Assembly (NCBI GenBank): GCA_964644355.1
Contig: CAZXUW010000005.1
Location: 24,232-88,231 of the forward strand
Reading direction: 5' to 3'
Length of the DNA: 64,000 nt
Source of the DNA: an uncultured Bacteroides sp.
GTDB taxonomy: Bacteria; Bacillota; Clostridia; Christensenellales; CAG-917
The notes beneath the pieces are model-generated. The model had not been told where the DNA came from. It saw only the letters and a list, made by a program, of their open reading frames with translations, and made no database searches. This document shows positions 30,129 through 39,375 of this stretch, piece by piece. The translations under genes and the position numbers were made by a program. The number at the start of each line of letters is the position of its first letter. Positions within the stretch are counted from its first letter, which is position 1.

Positions 30129-30650
30129 ATGGACGCAAATATGATATCGGCAATGCTAAAAATGTTGACAGACGGCAATTTTGAGCAAACAAATGCACAA
30201 GACGAGGCAAAAATGTCGCAAAATTCAGCATCCGTGTTTGCCGTGCAAAACGGATTGGGTGAGCATGTGAATATCAAAAATCAGCAAAAGCAAGACGTTC
30301 TTTCATATATGCTGAAAAACATGCCAACTCAAAATCCACTGCTCGGATTGCTTGGTGCTATGCAAGGCGGTGGTAAAGATTTGTCAAGCTTGCTACCTTT
30401 GATAATGTCATTGATGCAAAAGACGCAAAACAAAAGCGAAAAAAGCAATCAAGATGACTTGAAAAAACATGAAGAAATAGAGCCGCAATCAAACAAAAAA
30501 GATATAAATACCATTCAAAACAAGCAAACGGTTGATTGTGTAGCTGACAAAGAAACAAAAGAAATGCACACTGACACGTTTTCACCGATAGCGTTTGCCG
30601 GCTATAAAGTGGCGAGTGCGATTTGTGCAATGCTCAAGATCAAAAGATAA
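30129..30650 (+). CDS. Hypothetical low-complexity protein (Q/N/K-rich)
   Basis: A GAGGTG RBS precedes ATG 30129. No recognised motif. Confidence 0.45.
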   Translation: MDANMISAMLKMLTDGNFEQTNAQDEAKMSQNSASVFAVQNGLGEHVNIKNQQKQDVLSYMLKNMPTQNPLLGLLGAMQGGGKDLSSLLPLIMSLMQKTQNKSEKSNQDDLKKHEEIEPQSNKKDINTIQNKQTVDCVADKETKEMHTDTFSPIAFAGYKVASAICAMLKIKR

Positions 30651-30724
30651 TGTTCAAAATGGCAAAATATCACTACCTTATCAAAAAAGCACCCAATGTA
30701 ACGCTTGAGTGCTTTGATTTTATA

Positions 30725-31135
30725 TTAAAGTTTTATTGTTTGTGTGCTTTGATTTGAGAACCACTGTGCCTCAAATCCCGTAAACTTCAGTATGCAATAG
30801 TCGGGATCGGTTACGCCCTTTTTGTAAAAGCGGTTGAAAAAGGGCTTCCAAAACTGAGATTTGGTGGCTTGATCAGTCAACACCTGCATTTCTCCCTTTA
30901 TCTCTGCTCCTTGAAAAGCCTGACCTTTGGAGAAAAAGTAGACGCACGCTTTGGGATTGCTGCGATAGTGTCGCACCTTTCTTGAGGACGTGTAGGTCGC
31001 AAAATATATGTCGTTGCCATCAACAAGCACGGGTTGTATGAGTGCTCGAGTTGCCGGATAGCCGTTTTCATCAACGGATGATATGATGGACGTCCTTTGA
31101 CTTGATATAAAATCTATGATGCCCTGCCTCGTCAT
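30725..31135 (-). CDS. Pyridoxamine 5'-phosphate oxidase-family (FMN-binding split-barrel) protein
   Basis: Pattern ...SSVDENGYPATRAL...DIYFATYTSSRKVRHYRSNPKACVYF is typical of the PNPOx-like/general stress protein 26 family. An AAGGAGAG RBS precedes ATG 31135. Confidence 0.7.
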   Translation of the reverse strand: MTRQGIIDFISSQRTSIISSVDENGYPATRALIQPVLVDGNDIYFATYTSSRKVRHYRSNPKACVYFFSKGQAFQGAEIKGEMQVLTDQATKSQFWKPFFNRFYKKGVTDPDYCILKFTGFEAQWFSNQSTQTIKL

Positions 31136-31145
31136 TTTTCTCTCC

Positions 31146-31988
31146 TTAACAGTGGAATTTGTCGTCATTCTTTGGCTTTCTGCCCTTTTGCATCATCTCT
31201 TTCATGGCAGATTTGCGTGCATAGATTTCTTCCACTCTTGCATCGATGTCAACAGGCGGATAATTGAGTCCGCTCTTGAGTGCTTGCACCATTTGTTCTG
31301 TGCGATTGCGGATTTTGTACTGCACGCCGTCCACAATAAATACGTTGCCGGTTTGACCGAAAATGAGCTGTACGTCGTACTCTTTGCAGGCGTCATACAC
31401 CTTTTGCACCCATTCATAGTGCAATGGGCGTGAACCAAGATAGTTTTCTCCGCCGGCAAGCACTGTTTCTATCTTTCCGGTTGCAAGATACGGTGCAATA
31501 TCCACCTCACCGATAAACGGCTTCAAGCTCACCCAACGATGTTTGGCTGGCAACTCAAGCAAATACGGCATACGCTCTTGTAGGCGTCTTTGATTCTCGC
31601 AAGATACCGAGAAAGATACGTTGTCCCATCCCTCTCCCCAATCGGGTGGCAAACAGTCTTTGATACGCTCCGCCCTTTTGGTGAGCAATGAGAAAGTCAC
31701 GTTTGGACGACGACGAATGAAATCCCATGCCTCGTCACGCCACTCGTCTGCTTCTTCAATGAAAAAGTCGCTTGCCATACAAACACGCACAAAAACTCCG
31801 TCGGGAAGCTTCCAATTGCCCTCTTTGTCCTTTTTGACCGGCAAATTGAAATCAGACTTGTTTTTCACAACTTCGTTTGTATCTCTGCCATAACGCTTGT
31901 CAAGAAAATATGCATAGCAGTTTTGGCATCCCTCTGAACATCTGTGGCAACCGTGCCACGGGTTCCAAATCTTGTCATTGATATCCAT
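31146..31988 (-). CDS. DUF5131 (phage Gp37/Gp68-like) protein
   Basis: N-terminal Cys cluster WNPWHGCHRCSEGCQNCYA and overall length fit the DUF5131 family. Confidence 0.7.
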   Translation of the reverse strand: MDINDKIWNPWHGCHRCSEGCQNCYAYFLDKRYGRDTNEVVKNKSDFNLPVKKDKEGNWKLPDGVFVRVCMASDFFIEEADEWRDEAWDFIRRRPNVTFSLLTKRAERIKDCLPPDWGEGWDNVSFSVSCENQRRLQERMPYLLELPAKHRWVSLKPFIGEVDIAPYLATGKIETVLAGGENYLGSRPLHYEWVQKVYDACKEYDVQLIFGQTGNVFIVDGVQYKIRNRTEQMVQALKSGLNYPPVDIDARVEEIYARKSAMKEMMQKGRKPKNDDKFHC

Positions 31989-31990
31989 AG

Positions 31991-32413
31991 TTATTCTCCT
32001 TTGTTTTGCAAAATATCGTTTGCGGTGGTGGCAAGTTTGACAAAGTTTTCAAAATTGTCTTTTCCCATACCGTCAATAAGTTTCTCAAGTTGCAACTTCA
32101 TATCCTTTCTTGCACTCTCAACCAATTGCAATGCCTTGTCCGTGGGCAAAATATAGTATGCTCTACCGTCATTGGCACATGGCTGTTTTGTGATATACCC
32201 CTTGCTCTCAAGCGAGGTGACGTGTGCACTCATCATCGGCTTGGATACGCCAAGCAAACTTGCAATCGCAACGGGTGTATGCACGCCGTCCGACTGTGCA
32301 ATTATGTTGAGCACTCCCATCTCACTCGGGCGAATGGGAAGATCTTTTTTTAGATCCATATAGTTCTTTGCAAAAAGCGAAAGCACTGCGTTGATTGCAA
32401 AATATTCATCCAT
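31991..32413 (-). CDS. MarR-family transcriptional regulator
   Basis: Winged-HTH region IRPSEMGVLNIIAQSDGVHTPVAIASLLGVSKPMMSAHVTSLESKGYITKQP. An AGGTGA RBS precedes ATG 32413. Confidence 0.8.
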   Translation of the reverse strand: MDEYFAINAVLSLFAKNYMDLKKDLPIRPSEMGVLNIIAQSDGVHTPVAIASLLGVSKPMMSAHVTSLESKGYITKQPCANDGRAYYILPTDKALQLVESARKDMKLQLEKLIDGMGKDNFENFVKLATTANDILQNKGE

Positions 32414-32591
32414 TTGTTCACCTGCAAAAAGTTCATCTAGATTAACTACATTATAGTTCACCCACATTAACTTGTCAATACATATGCAAAAATTATCTAA
32501 AAAATATTTGGGGTTTTCAAAAGCAAAAAAAATAACACTGCGAAGCAGTGTTAAATTTTTGATATAGATGGTTGCTTTTCAATTAAATTGA

Positions 32592-33848
32592 TTAAAACAA
32601 CACGGCATCTTTGTAGATAGGATACTTACGACAGAGGGAAATTGCTCTCTCTTTGACGTTTTCAATGGCAGTTTCACCGCCCTCGATGATGTCTGCAATC
32701 ATGTCGGCAATTTCGACCATATCGCACTCCTTCATGCCCCTTGTGGTCACAGCAGGTGTGCCTACTCTTATACCGCTTGTGAGCGACGGACTCAACGGCT
32801 CGTTTGGAACAGAATTTTTGTTGACGGTGATATGTGCCTCATCAAGCCAAGTTTCAAGCTGTTTGCCATTCACACCGCTTCCGATGAGATTGATAAGCAT
32901 CATATGATTGTCCGTACCGCCACTGACAAGCCGCAAACCTCTTTGCATAAGCCTATCCGCCATTGTTTTGGCGTTTTTGAGAATTTGCTCTTGATATTCC
33001 TTAAATTCGGGAGCGAGAGCCTCTTTGAAAGCAACCGCTTTGGCTGCAATTATGTGCATGAGCGGACCACCCTGCGATCCCGGGAAAATTGCTTTGTCAA
33101 TGCGTTTTGCAATATCCTCGTCATTGGTGAGGATGAGCCCGCCTCTTGGACCTCTCAAAGTCTTGTGAGTTGTGGTTGTGATGACGTGTGCATAGCCCAC
33201 GGGACTTGGGTGAAGCCCTGTTGCAACCATACCCGCAACGTGTGCGATGTCCGCAACAAGATATGCTCCTACCTCGTCGGCAATTTCTCTAAAGCGTTTG
33301 TAGTCGATAAATCTCGGATATGCACTTGCCCCTGCAACGATGACTTGCGGTTTGCACTCAAGAGCAATCTCTCTCACCTTGTCATAGTCGATAAGCTCGG
33401 TTTCGGGATTGATGCCGTATCCGACACAGTTGAAAAGCTTTCCGCTCATATTGACCTTTGCTCCGTGCGTGAGATGTCCGCCGTCTGCAAGCGTCATGCC
33501 CAAAACGGTGTCACCGCTTTTCATAAGAGCATAATATGCCGCAAAGTTTGCATTGCTTCCGCAGTGCGGTTGCACGTTTGCATACTTAACGCCAAAAAGC
33601 TTTTTTGCACGCTCTATTGCAAGCTCCTCTGCAACGTCCACATATTCGCATCCACCGTAATATCTCCTTCTGGGATAACCCTCTGCATACTTGTTGGTGT
33701 AGAAGGTGCCTGCCGATGCAAGCACGGCTTCGCTCACTATGTTTTCGCTTGCTATAAGCTCAATGTTGAGCTGTTGTCTGTCAAACTCTTTGAGCATTGA
33801 CTGATAGAGTTCTTCATCAACTTTCTTTATGCTATTCAAATCAATCAT
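32592..33848 (-). CDS. glyA: Serine hydroxymethyltransferase
   Basis: LIASENIVS and the PLP-Lys motif [14 protein letters not shown]. Full-length at 418 aa. Confidence 0.95.
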   Translation of the reverse strand: MIDLNSIKKVDEELYQSMLKEFDRQQLNIELIASENIVSEAVLASAGTFYTNKYAEGYPRRRYYGGCEYVDVAEELAIERAKKLFGVKYANVQPHCGSNANFAAYYALMKSGDTVLGMTLADGGHLTHGAKVNMSGKLFNCVGYGINPETELIDYDKVREIALECKPQVIVAGASAYPRFIDYKRFREIADEVGAYLVADIAHVAGMVATGLHPSPVGYAHVITTTTHKTLRGPRGGLILTNDEDIAKRIDKAIFPGSQGGPLMHIIAAKAVAFKEALAPEFKEYQEQILKNAKTMADRLMQRGLRLVSGGTDNHMMLINLIGSGVNGKQLETWLDEAHITVNKNSVPNEPLSPSLTSGIRVGTPAVTTRGMKECDMVEIADMIADIIEGGETAIENVKERAISLCRKYPIYKDAVLF

Positions 33849-33957
33849 ATTATCCCTCTCTTGTGCAAAAAAATGTTTTATCCTTGCAAAATGTCACTAT
33901 AAACATTGTTTCTGGTCATTCATTTGCAAAATTATATTTGAACAACCTTGTGTGTTT

Positions 33958-34278
33958 TTATTGCAAATAATTGTCAAGTACGCTTGCAATTTGCATTGTC
34001 AAACGATAGCCTACAAGCTTCTCTTTGAGCTCACCGTCCTTGAAAATCAAAAGCGTTGGAATGGACATAATGCCAAACCGCTCGGCAAGCGACGGATGAT
34101 CGTCAACGTTCACTTTGCCGACTACAACTCTATCCTTATAGTCGTCTGCAATCTGCTCCACGTTTGGAGCCATCATCTTGCAAGGACCGCACCAGCTTGC
34201 CCAAAAATCAACGAGAACAACGCCTTCTTTTATGGCATTGTCAAGGCTTTCAACGTCAAAATCAATGTAGTTGCTCAT
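33958..34278 (-). CDS. trxA: Thioredoxin
   Basis: Active site WASWCGPCK. 106 aa. Confidence 0.92.
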   Translation of the reverse strand: MSNYIDFDVESLDNAIKEGVVLVDFWASWCGPCKMMAPNVEQIADDYKDRVVVGKVNVDDHPSLAERFGIMSIPTLLIFKDGELKEKLVGYRLTMQIASVLDNYLQ

Positions 34279-34322
34279 ATCTATCTCCTTTTGAAAACTT
34301 CAAAATTTCATTATCTTTTCAC

Positions 34323-34742
34323 TCAATCTTCAGTCGTTTCTTCAATGCAAATAGCCTTCATTTGAGGAGAAAAACCCTTCTTCTTTCTTATGACAAACTT
34401 GTCAAGCAAAAAGGCAATCACAAACCCGACAACCAAACCGCCAAGTGCAAAAAGTGCCTCCGCAAGCTCGTTGAGAAGGGTGCCTACACCTATGCCGACA
34501 CCAATCAAAACGAGGGGTATGACGTACACGATAACGGCGGAGGTCAAGACGTATTTCTCGCCCATTTCCACCTCAACGACGTCACCTACGCTCGCTCCCA
34601 ATTTATTGTCGACAACAACTTCAACCTTCATACCGTCCTTTGTCACGGCACACATGTGACACTTGTCACACGCACTGCGTCTGTCAAATCGGACGGTGGC
34701 TTTGCTTCCGACAACTTTTGCAACAATACCCTTTTCTGTCAT
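34323..34742 (-). CDS. RseC/MucC-family (SoxR-reducing-system-like) membrane protein
   Basis: N-terminal Cys-containing beta domain (GIVAKVVGSKATVRFDRRSACDKCHMCAV) followed by 2 TM segments. An ATGA overlap joins it to the hisS stop. Confidence 0.6.
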   Translation of the reverse strand: MTEKGIVAKVVGSKATVRFDRRSACDKCHMCAVTKDGMKVEVVVDNKLGASVGDVVEVEMGEKYVLTSAVIVYVIPLVLIGVGIGVGTLLNELAEALFALGGLVVGFVIAFLLDKFVIRKKKGFSPQMKAICIEETTED

Positions 34743-35989
34743 TTTGCAAAAAATCCGCAAAGTGCATTGATATCGCACTCTTTGACGCTTCCGTCACTCA
34801 TGTTTTTCACCTGAACGACGCCCTTGTCAATCTCATCGTCACCAATCACCACAACGTAGTTTGCGCCCGACTTGTCGGCATACTTCATTTGAGCTTTCAA
34901 CCCCCTATCCATGATGTCCGTTTCAGCCTTGATGCCGACTTGACGCATGTCGAAAACGATCTTGCGAGCAACATCTTTTGCCTTGTCACCCATAGGTGCG
35001 ACGTACACGTCCATACACTCTTTTGGAGCGTTGAGATTGGAGGTGTTTTCAAGCACTAGCAAAAGTCTTTCAAGCCCTAGGCCAAACCCTACTGCAGGCG
35101 TTGGCTTTCCGCCGACTTCCTCAACGAGGTTGTTGTATCTTCCGCCACCGCAAACCGTGCCTTGTGCACCGATGTCGGTTGACACAAATTCAAACACAGT
35201 GCGAGTGTAATAGTCAAGACCACGCACAATGCCGGGATTGACCTTGAAATCAATGCCCAAAGAGGTGAGAATGCGTTGCACTTCCTCAAAATGAGCACGG
35301 CAATCATCGCAAAGATAATCTGTGATTTTTGGAGCATTTTGCGTGATGATTTTGCACTTTTCTTCCTTGCAATCAAGTATTCTAAGCGGATTTTTTTCAA
35401 ATCTTGCTTGGCATTGACCGCACATGAGATGCAAGTTTTGTCCAATATATTCCTTGAGGGCTTTGTTGTATTCGGCTCTGCACTTTGCACAACCTATGCT
35501 GTTGAGGTTGAGCTCAAGCTCGCTAAGTCCTGCCTTACGCAAAAATGTGGATGCAAGGCTTATAACTTCCGCATCCGCACTTGCAGAGTCGCTTCCATAG
35601 CACTCAACGCCAAATTGGTGATGCTCTCTCAATCTGCCGTTTTGCGGTTTTTCATAGCGGAATATGCTTGAAATGTAGTATGCTTTCATGGGTATTGTGC
35701 CTTGATGCAGTCCGTTTTCAATGAAACAACGAGCAACACCTGCCGTACCCTCGGGGCGAAGCGTCATGCTTCTTCCGCCCTTGTCGTCAAACGTGTACAT
35801 CTCCTTTGTGACGATATCAGTTGTCTCGCCAACGCCACGCAAGAAAAGCTCGGTATGCTCAAACATCGGAGTGCGGATCTCTTTGAATCCAAACTCGCCT
35901 GCAACCTCTCTTGCGATATTTTCAACATAGTGCCACTTGTATGCCTCGCTTGGAAGCATATCTTTTGTGCCTTTTGGAATATTTATCAT
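34739..35989 (-). CDS. hisS: Histidine--tRNA ligase
   Basis: Class-II motifs (KEMYTFDDKGGRSMTLRPEGT, FRYEKPQNGRLREHHQFGVE, GGGRYN). Confidence 0.95.
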   Translation of the reverse strand: MINIPKGTKDMLPSEAYKWHYVENIAREVAGEFGFKEIRTPMFEHTELFLRGVGETTDIVTKEMYTFDDKGGRSMTLRPEGTAGVARCFIENGLHQGTIPMKAYYISSIFRYEKPQNGRLREHHQFGVECYGSDSASADAEVISLASTFLRKAGLSELELNLNSIGCAKCRAEYNKALKEYIGQNLHLMCGQCQARFEKNPLRILDCKEEKCKIITQNAPKITDYLCDDCRAHFEEVQRILTSLGIDFKVNPGIVRGLDYYTRTVFEFVSTDIGAQGTVCGGGRYNNLVEEVGGKPTPAVGFGLGLERLLLVLENTSNLNAPKECMDVYVAPMGDKAKDVARKIVFDMRQVGIKAETDIMDRGLKAQMKYADKSGANYVVVIGDDEIDKGVVQVKNMSDGSVKECDINALCGFFAK

Positions 35990-36066
35990 AACCTCTCTCC
36001 TTTTTCAAGGAATTTTATGCAATATACACTGCGATCATTTTGCAAAGCAAAATGCTTTTATATTTG

Positions 36067-37404
36067 TTAGACGATATATCTACGCAAATTTCTATCTTTC
36101 AATGAAGCACCCAAATGCTCCTCGACGTAAGCTTTGTCAACGTTGATTTGCTTTGTGACGTTGTCGTCAGCCTCAAACAAGACGTCTTTGAGCAAGGCTT
36201 CGAGCACTGCGTGCAATCTGCGAGCACCGAGGTTTTCGCTGTTCTCATTCTCCTCAAATGCGACTCTTGCAATCTCTTCGATAGCTTCGTCCGTGAAGTT
36301 GAGCTCAACACCGTCAACGCCCAAAAGTTGCTTGTATTGTTTGAGCACGGCATTGTCCGGTTCCGTCAAAATTTTCACAAAATCATCCTTTGTGAGGTTG
36401 TCAAGCTCCACTCGAATGGGGAATCTGCCTTGAAGCTCGGGGATGAGATCTTCCATCTTTGAGATGTGGAAAGCTCCCGCTGCAACAAACAATATGAAGT
36501 CTGTGCGGATCGAGCCGTATTTGGTTTGCACCGTGCTACCCTCGACAATGGGCAAAATATCTCTTTGCACACCCTCTCTTGACACGTCGTGACCGCTCTG
36601 CTGTCCGCTGTCGTTTGCTGCGATCTTGTCAATCTCGTCAAGGAACACAACGCCGTCTTGCTCTGCTCTTTGCAAGGCTTCTTGCACGATTGCATCTTGA
36701 TCGACCATCTTTTCAGCCTCTTGAGATACGATGAAATCCATTGCTTGCTTGACGGTGAGCTTACGCTTTTTGACTTGTCCTTTGCCAAGCATACCTCCAA
36801 AGATGCTCCCAAGATCTATTTCGTTGCCCGGAGCATTGCCCGGTTGGATTTGAATGGGCTTTGGCTGTTGGCGAATTTCCATCTCAATGGTTATTCCGTC
36901 AAGATGTCCTGCTCTGATCTCTTGCAAAAGCTCCTCTTTGAGCTCGGCATCGCTCTTGTCTTGAGATACGCCGGCTTGCTTACGCACGGGCAAAAGTATC
37001 TCGCAAAGCTTGTTTTCTGCAATCTCGGTTGCTCTGGGCATAACCTCTTTGAACTTTTCGTCTTTTACAAGACGAATGGACACTTCAACAAGGTCTCTTA
37101 TAATGCTCTCAACGTCTCTGCCAACGTAGCCGACTTCAGTAAATTTGGTTGCTTCAACCTTGACAAAAGGAGCTTTGACAACTTTTGCAAGTCTGCGAGC
37201 AATCTCAGTCTTACCAACACCCGTCGGTCCCTTCATGATGATGTTTTTGGGAGTGATCTCCTCTCTCATCTCCTCGGAAAGCTTGCTTCTGCGATAGCGG
37301 TTGCGAAGTGCGATTGCCACTGCAACCTTTGCATCGTGCTGACCAATGATGTATCTGTCAAGTTCTGCAACAATCTGTTTGGGAGTCAAAACACTGTTGT
37401 CCAT
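36067..37404 (-). CDS. hslU: ATP-dependent protease ATPase subunit HslU
   Basis: Walker A GPTGVGKTEIARRLAK and the LDEIDKI box. It follows hslV. Confidence 0.95.
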   Translation of the reverse strand: MDNSVLTPKQIVAELDRYIIGQHDAKVAVAIALRNRYRRSKLSEEMREEITPKNIIMKGPTGVGKTEIARRLAKVVKAPFVKVEATKFTEVGYVGRDVESIIRDLVEVSIRLVKDEKFKEVMPRATEIAENKLCEILLPVRKQAGVSQDKSDAELKEELLQEIRAGHLDGITIEMEIRQQPKPIQIQPGNAPGNEIDLGSIFGGMLGKGQVKKRKLTVKQAMDFIVSQEAEKMVDQDAIVQEALQRAEQDGVVFLDEIDKIAANDSGQQSGHDVSREGVQRDILPIVEGSTVQTKYGSIRTDFILFVAAGAFHISKMEDLIPELQGRFPIRVELDNLTKDDFVKILTEPDNAVLKQYKQLLGVDGVELNFTDEAIEEIARVAFEENENSENLGARRLHAVLEALLKDVLFEADDNVTKQINVDKAYVEEHLGASLKDRNLRRYIV

Positions 37405-37414
37405 ATTTCCCTCC

Positions 37415-37951
37415 TTACACCGTTTCGACCGTGATGTGGTCGTTTGTATAAACGCAAATTTCGCTTGCGATTTTGAGTGCTTTGTATGCTATGTCATGTG
37501 CGGGCAAATCTGTTGCTTCTGCAAGTGCACGTGCGGCTGCGAGGGCATAATTGCCACCACTGCCGATTGCAACGATGCCGTTTTCAGGCTCAATAACCTC
37601 ACCTGTGCCGGACACAACAAACACACAGTCCTTGTCCGCTACGATAAGCAACGCTTCAAGACGTCTACCGCCCTTGTCCGTTCTCCAAAGCTCGGCAAGC
37701 TCAACGGCGGAACGCATAAGATTTCCGCTGTGTTTTTGAAGCATAGCCTCAAATTTTTCACTGAGAGCAAAAGCGTCCGCAACAGAGCCTGCAAAGCCAA
37801 CGACAACTTTGTCATTGTATATGCGTCTAACTTTGACTGCATTGCCCTTCATAATGACGTTTTCACCCATTGTAACTTGTCCGTCACCAGCAACGGCAGT
37901 TTCCCCGTTGCGTCTCACGGCACATATTGTAGTTCCACGAAATTCCACCAT
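37415..37951 (-). CDS. hslV: ATP-dependent protease subunit HslV
   Basis: N-terminal Thr nucleophile context GTTICAVR and the GSGGNYA motif. Confidence 0.95.
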   Translation of the reverse strand: MVEFRGTTICAVRRNGETAVAGDGQVTMGENVIMKGNAVKVRRIYNDKVVVGFAGSVADAFALSEKFEAMLQKHSGNLMRSAVELAELWRTDKGGRRLEALLIVADKDCVFVVSGTGEVIEPENGIVAIGSGGNYALAAARALAEATDLPAHDIAYKALKIASEICVYTNDHITVETV

Positions 37952-38043
37952 AAGTGTATTCCTCCATAATTTTCAATTTTAACGATTGAGAATACCAATC
38001 GTGTTTTTGTGCTATACCTAATAACACAAATCGTATTTTGTCA

Positions 38044-39354
38044 TCAATCGAAGTTGTCTTCCAAATAGAGTTTTACAGCCTCGATCGATCTATCATGATA
38101 AGCTTGTTTACGTTTGGATTTATCCCTTATTCCCGTGATGGGAGGCAGGATGCCAAAGTTGGCATTCATGGGTTTGAAATCCAGCACACGAGTGGAAATA
38201 TACTCGCAAAGCGATCCTATAATAGTGGTTGTCGGCATAGCGGTAAACTGCTTGTTTTCAAGCTCGTTTGCAAGGGCAATGGATGCTATCATACCGCTCA
38301 TTATGCTCTCCACATAACCCTCGACACCAGAGAGCTGACCTGCTATGTACAACGCTCTTTCGCCTATCACTCTAAAGGATGCGTCAAGAACGTTTGGAGC
38401 ATTGATATAAGTGTTTCTGTGCATCACTCCATATCTTATGAAATCCGCACTGTTTAGTGCAGGAATGAGGCTAAACACACGCTTTTGCTCACCATACGTC
38501 AAGTTGGTCTGAAAGCCAACGAGATTGTAGCAATCACCCTGTATATTTTCCTTGCGAAGTTGCACAACCGCATATGCCTTTTCACCCGTTTGGGGATTTC
38601 TCAATCCAACAGGTTTGAGCGGACCGAAGCGGATTGTGTCACTGCCCCTTTTTGCCATCTCCTCAATGGGCATACACCCGTCGAAAAGTTCACTCTTTTC
38701 AAAGTCGTGCAAGGTGACAGTTTTGGCATTGACAAGCTCGTTGTAAAACAGCTCGTACTCATCCTTTTGCATGGGTAGATTGAGATAATCTTCTCCGCCC
38801 TTGCCGTATCTTCCGCCAAAGTAAGCCTTGCTCATGTCGATACTTTCAAAATCCACGATAGGTGCTATGGCATCATAGAAGAAAAGTCTGTCCTTGCCCG
38901 TCAATTTGCCAATCACGTCCGCCAATAAGTCAGACGTCAAAGGACCTGTTGCAACGATTGTCGGCACGTCCTCGTCAAGTGATGTCACCTCTTCTCTTAC
39001 GAGTGTAAAACCACTGTAACTATTGAGCTTGTTTTCAACGGCTTTTGAAAAAGCCTCTCTATCCACGCTCAACGCACTGCCTGATGGCACCGCACACTCT
39101 CTTGCAAGAGGAAGCAATTCGCAACCAAGCAAATCAAGTTCCTCTTTCAAAAGGCCGGAAGCCGTGCTTGGCTCGCACGATTTTAGCGAATTTGAACATA
39201 CAAGCTCGGCAAGAGAGGACGTCCTATGTGCCCCTGTTGTTTTTGAGGGACGCATCTCGTACATCTTCACTTTGTATCCTCTTTTGAGCAACTGCAAGGC
39301 ACTCTCGCACCCTGCAAGTCCTCCGCCGATAATCTTTATCTCTTGCTTGTTCAT
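38044..39354 (-). CDS. trmFO: Methylenetetrahydrofolate--tRNA-(U54-C5)-methyltransferase TrmFO
   Basis: FAD fold IIGGGLAGCE and the conserved YIAGQLSGVEGYVES motif. Synteny topA-trmFO-hslVU. Confidence 0.93.
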   Translation of the reverse strand: MNKQEIKIIGGGLAGCESALQLLKRGYKVKMYEMRPSKTTGAHRTSSLAELVCSNSLKSCEPSTASGLLKEELDLLGCELLPLARECAVPSGSALSVDREAFSKAVENKLNSYSGFTLVREEVTSLDEDVPTIVATGPLTSDLLADVIGKLTGKDRLFFYDAIAPIVDFESIDMSKAYFGGRYGKGGEDYLNLPMQKDEYELFYNELVNAKTVTLHDFEKSELFDGCMPIEEMAKRGSDTIRFGPLKPVGLRNPQTGEKAYAVVQLRKENIQGDCYNLVGFQTNLTYGEQKRVFSLIPALNSADFIRYGVMHRNTYINAPNVLDASFRVIGERALYIAGQLSGVEGYVESIMSGMIASIALANELENKQFTAMPTTTIIGSLCEYISTRVLDFKPMNANFGILPPITGIRDKSKRKQAYHDRSIEAVKLYLEDNFD

Positions 39355-39375
39355 ATCGCTTGTTGTATTTTAGGC

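Noticed and set aside
35990-36066. Expected T-box leader upstream of hisS; similar checks were made upstream of glyA and the permease.
   Set aside because: The intergenic region is only 77 nt and lacks specifier, T-box (AAnnnGGGTGGTACCGCG) or terminator/antiterminator elements. hisS is probably cotranscribed with hslU.
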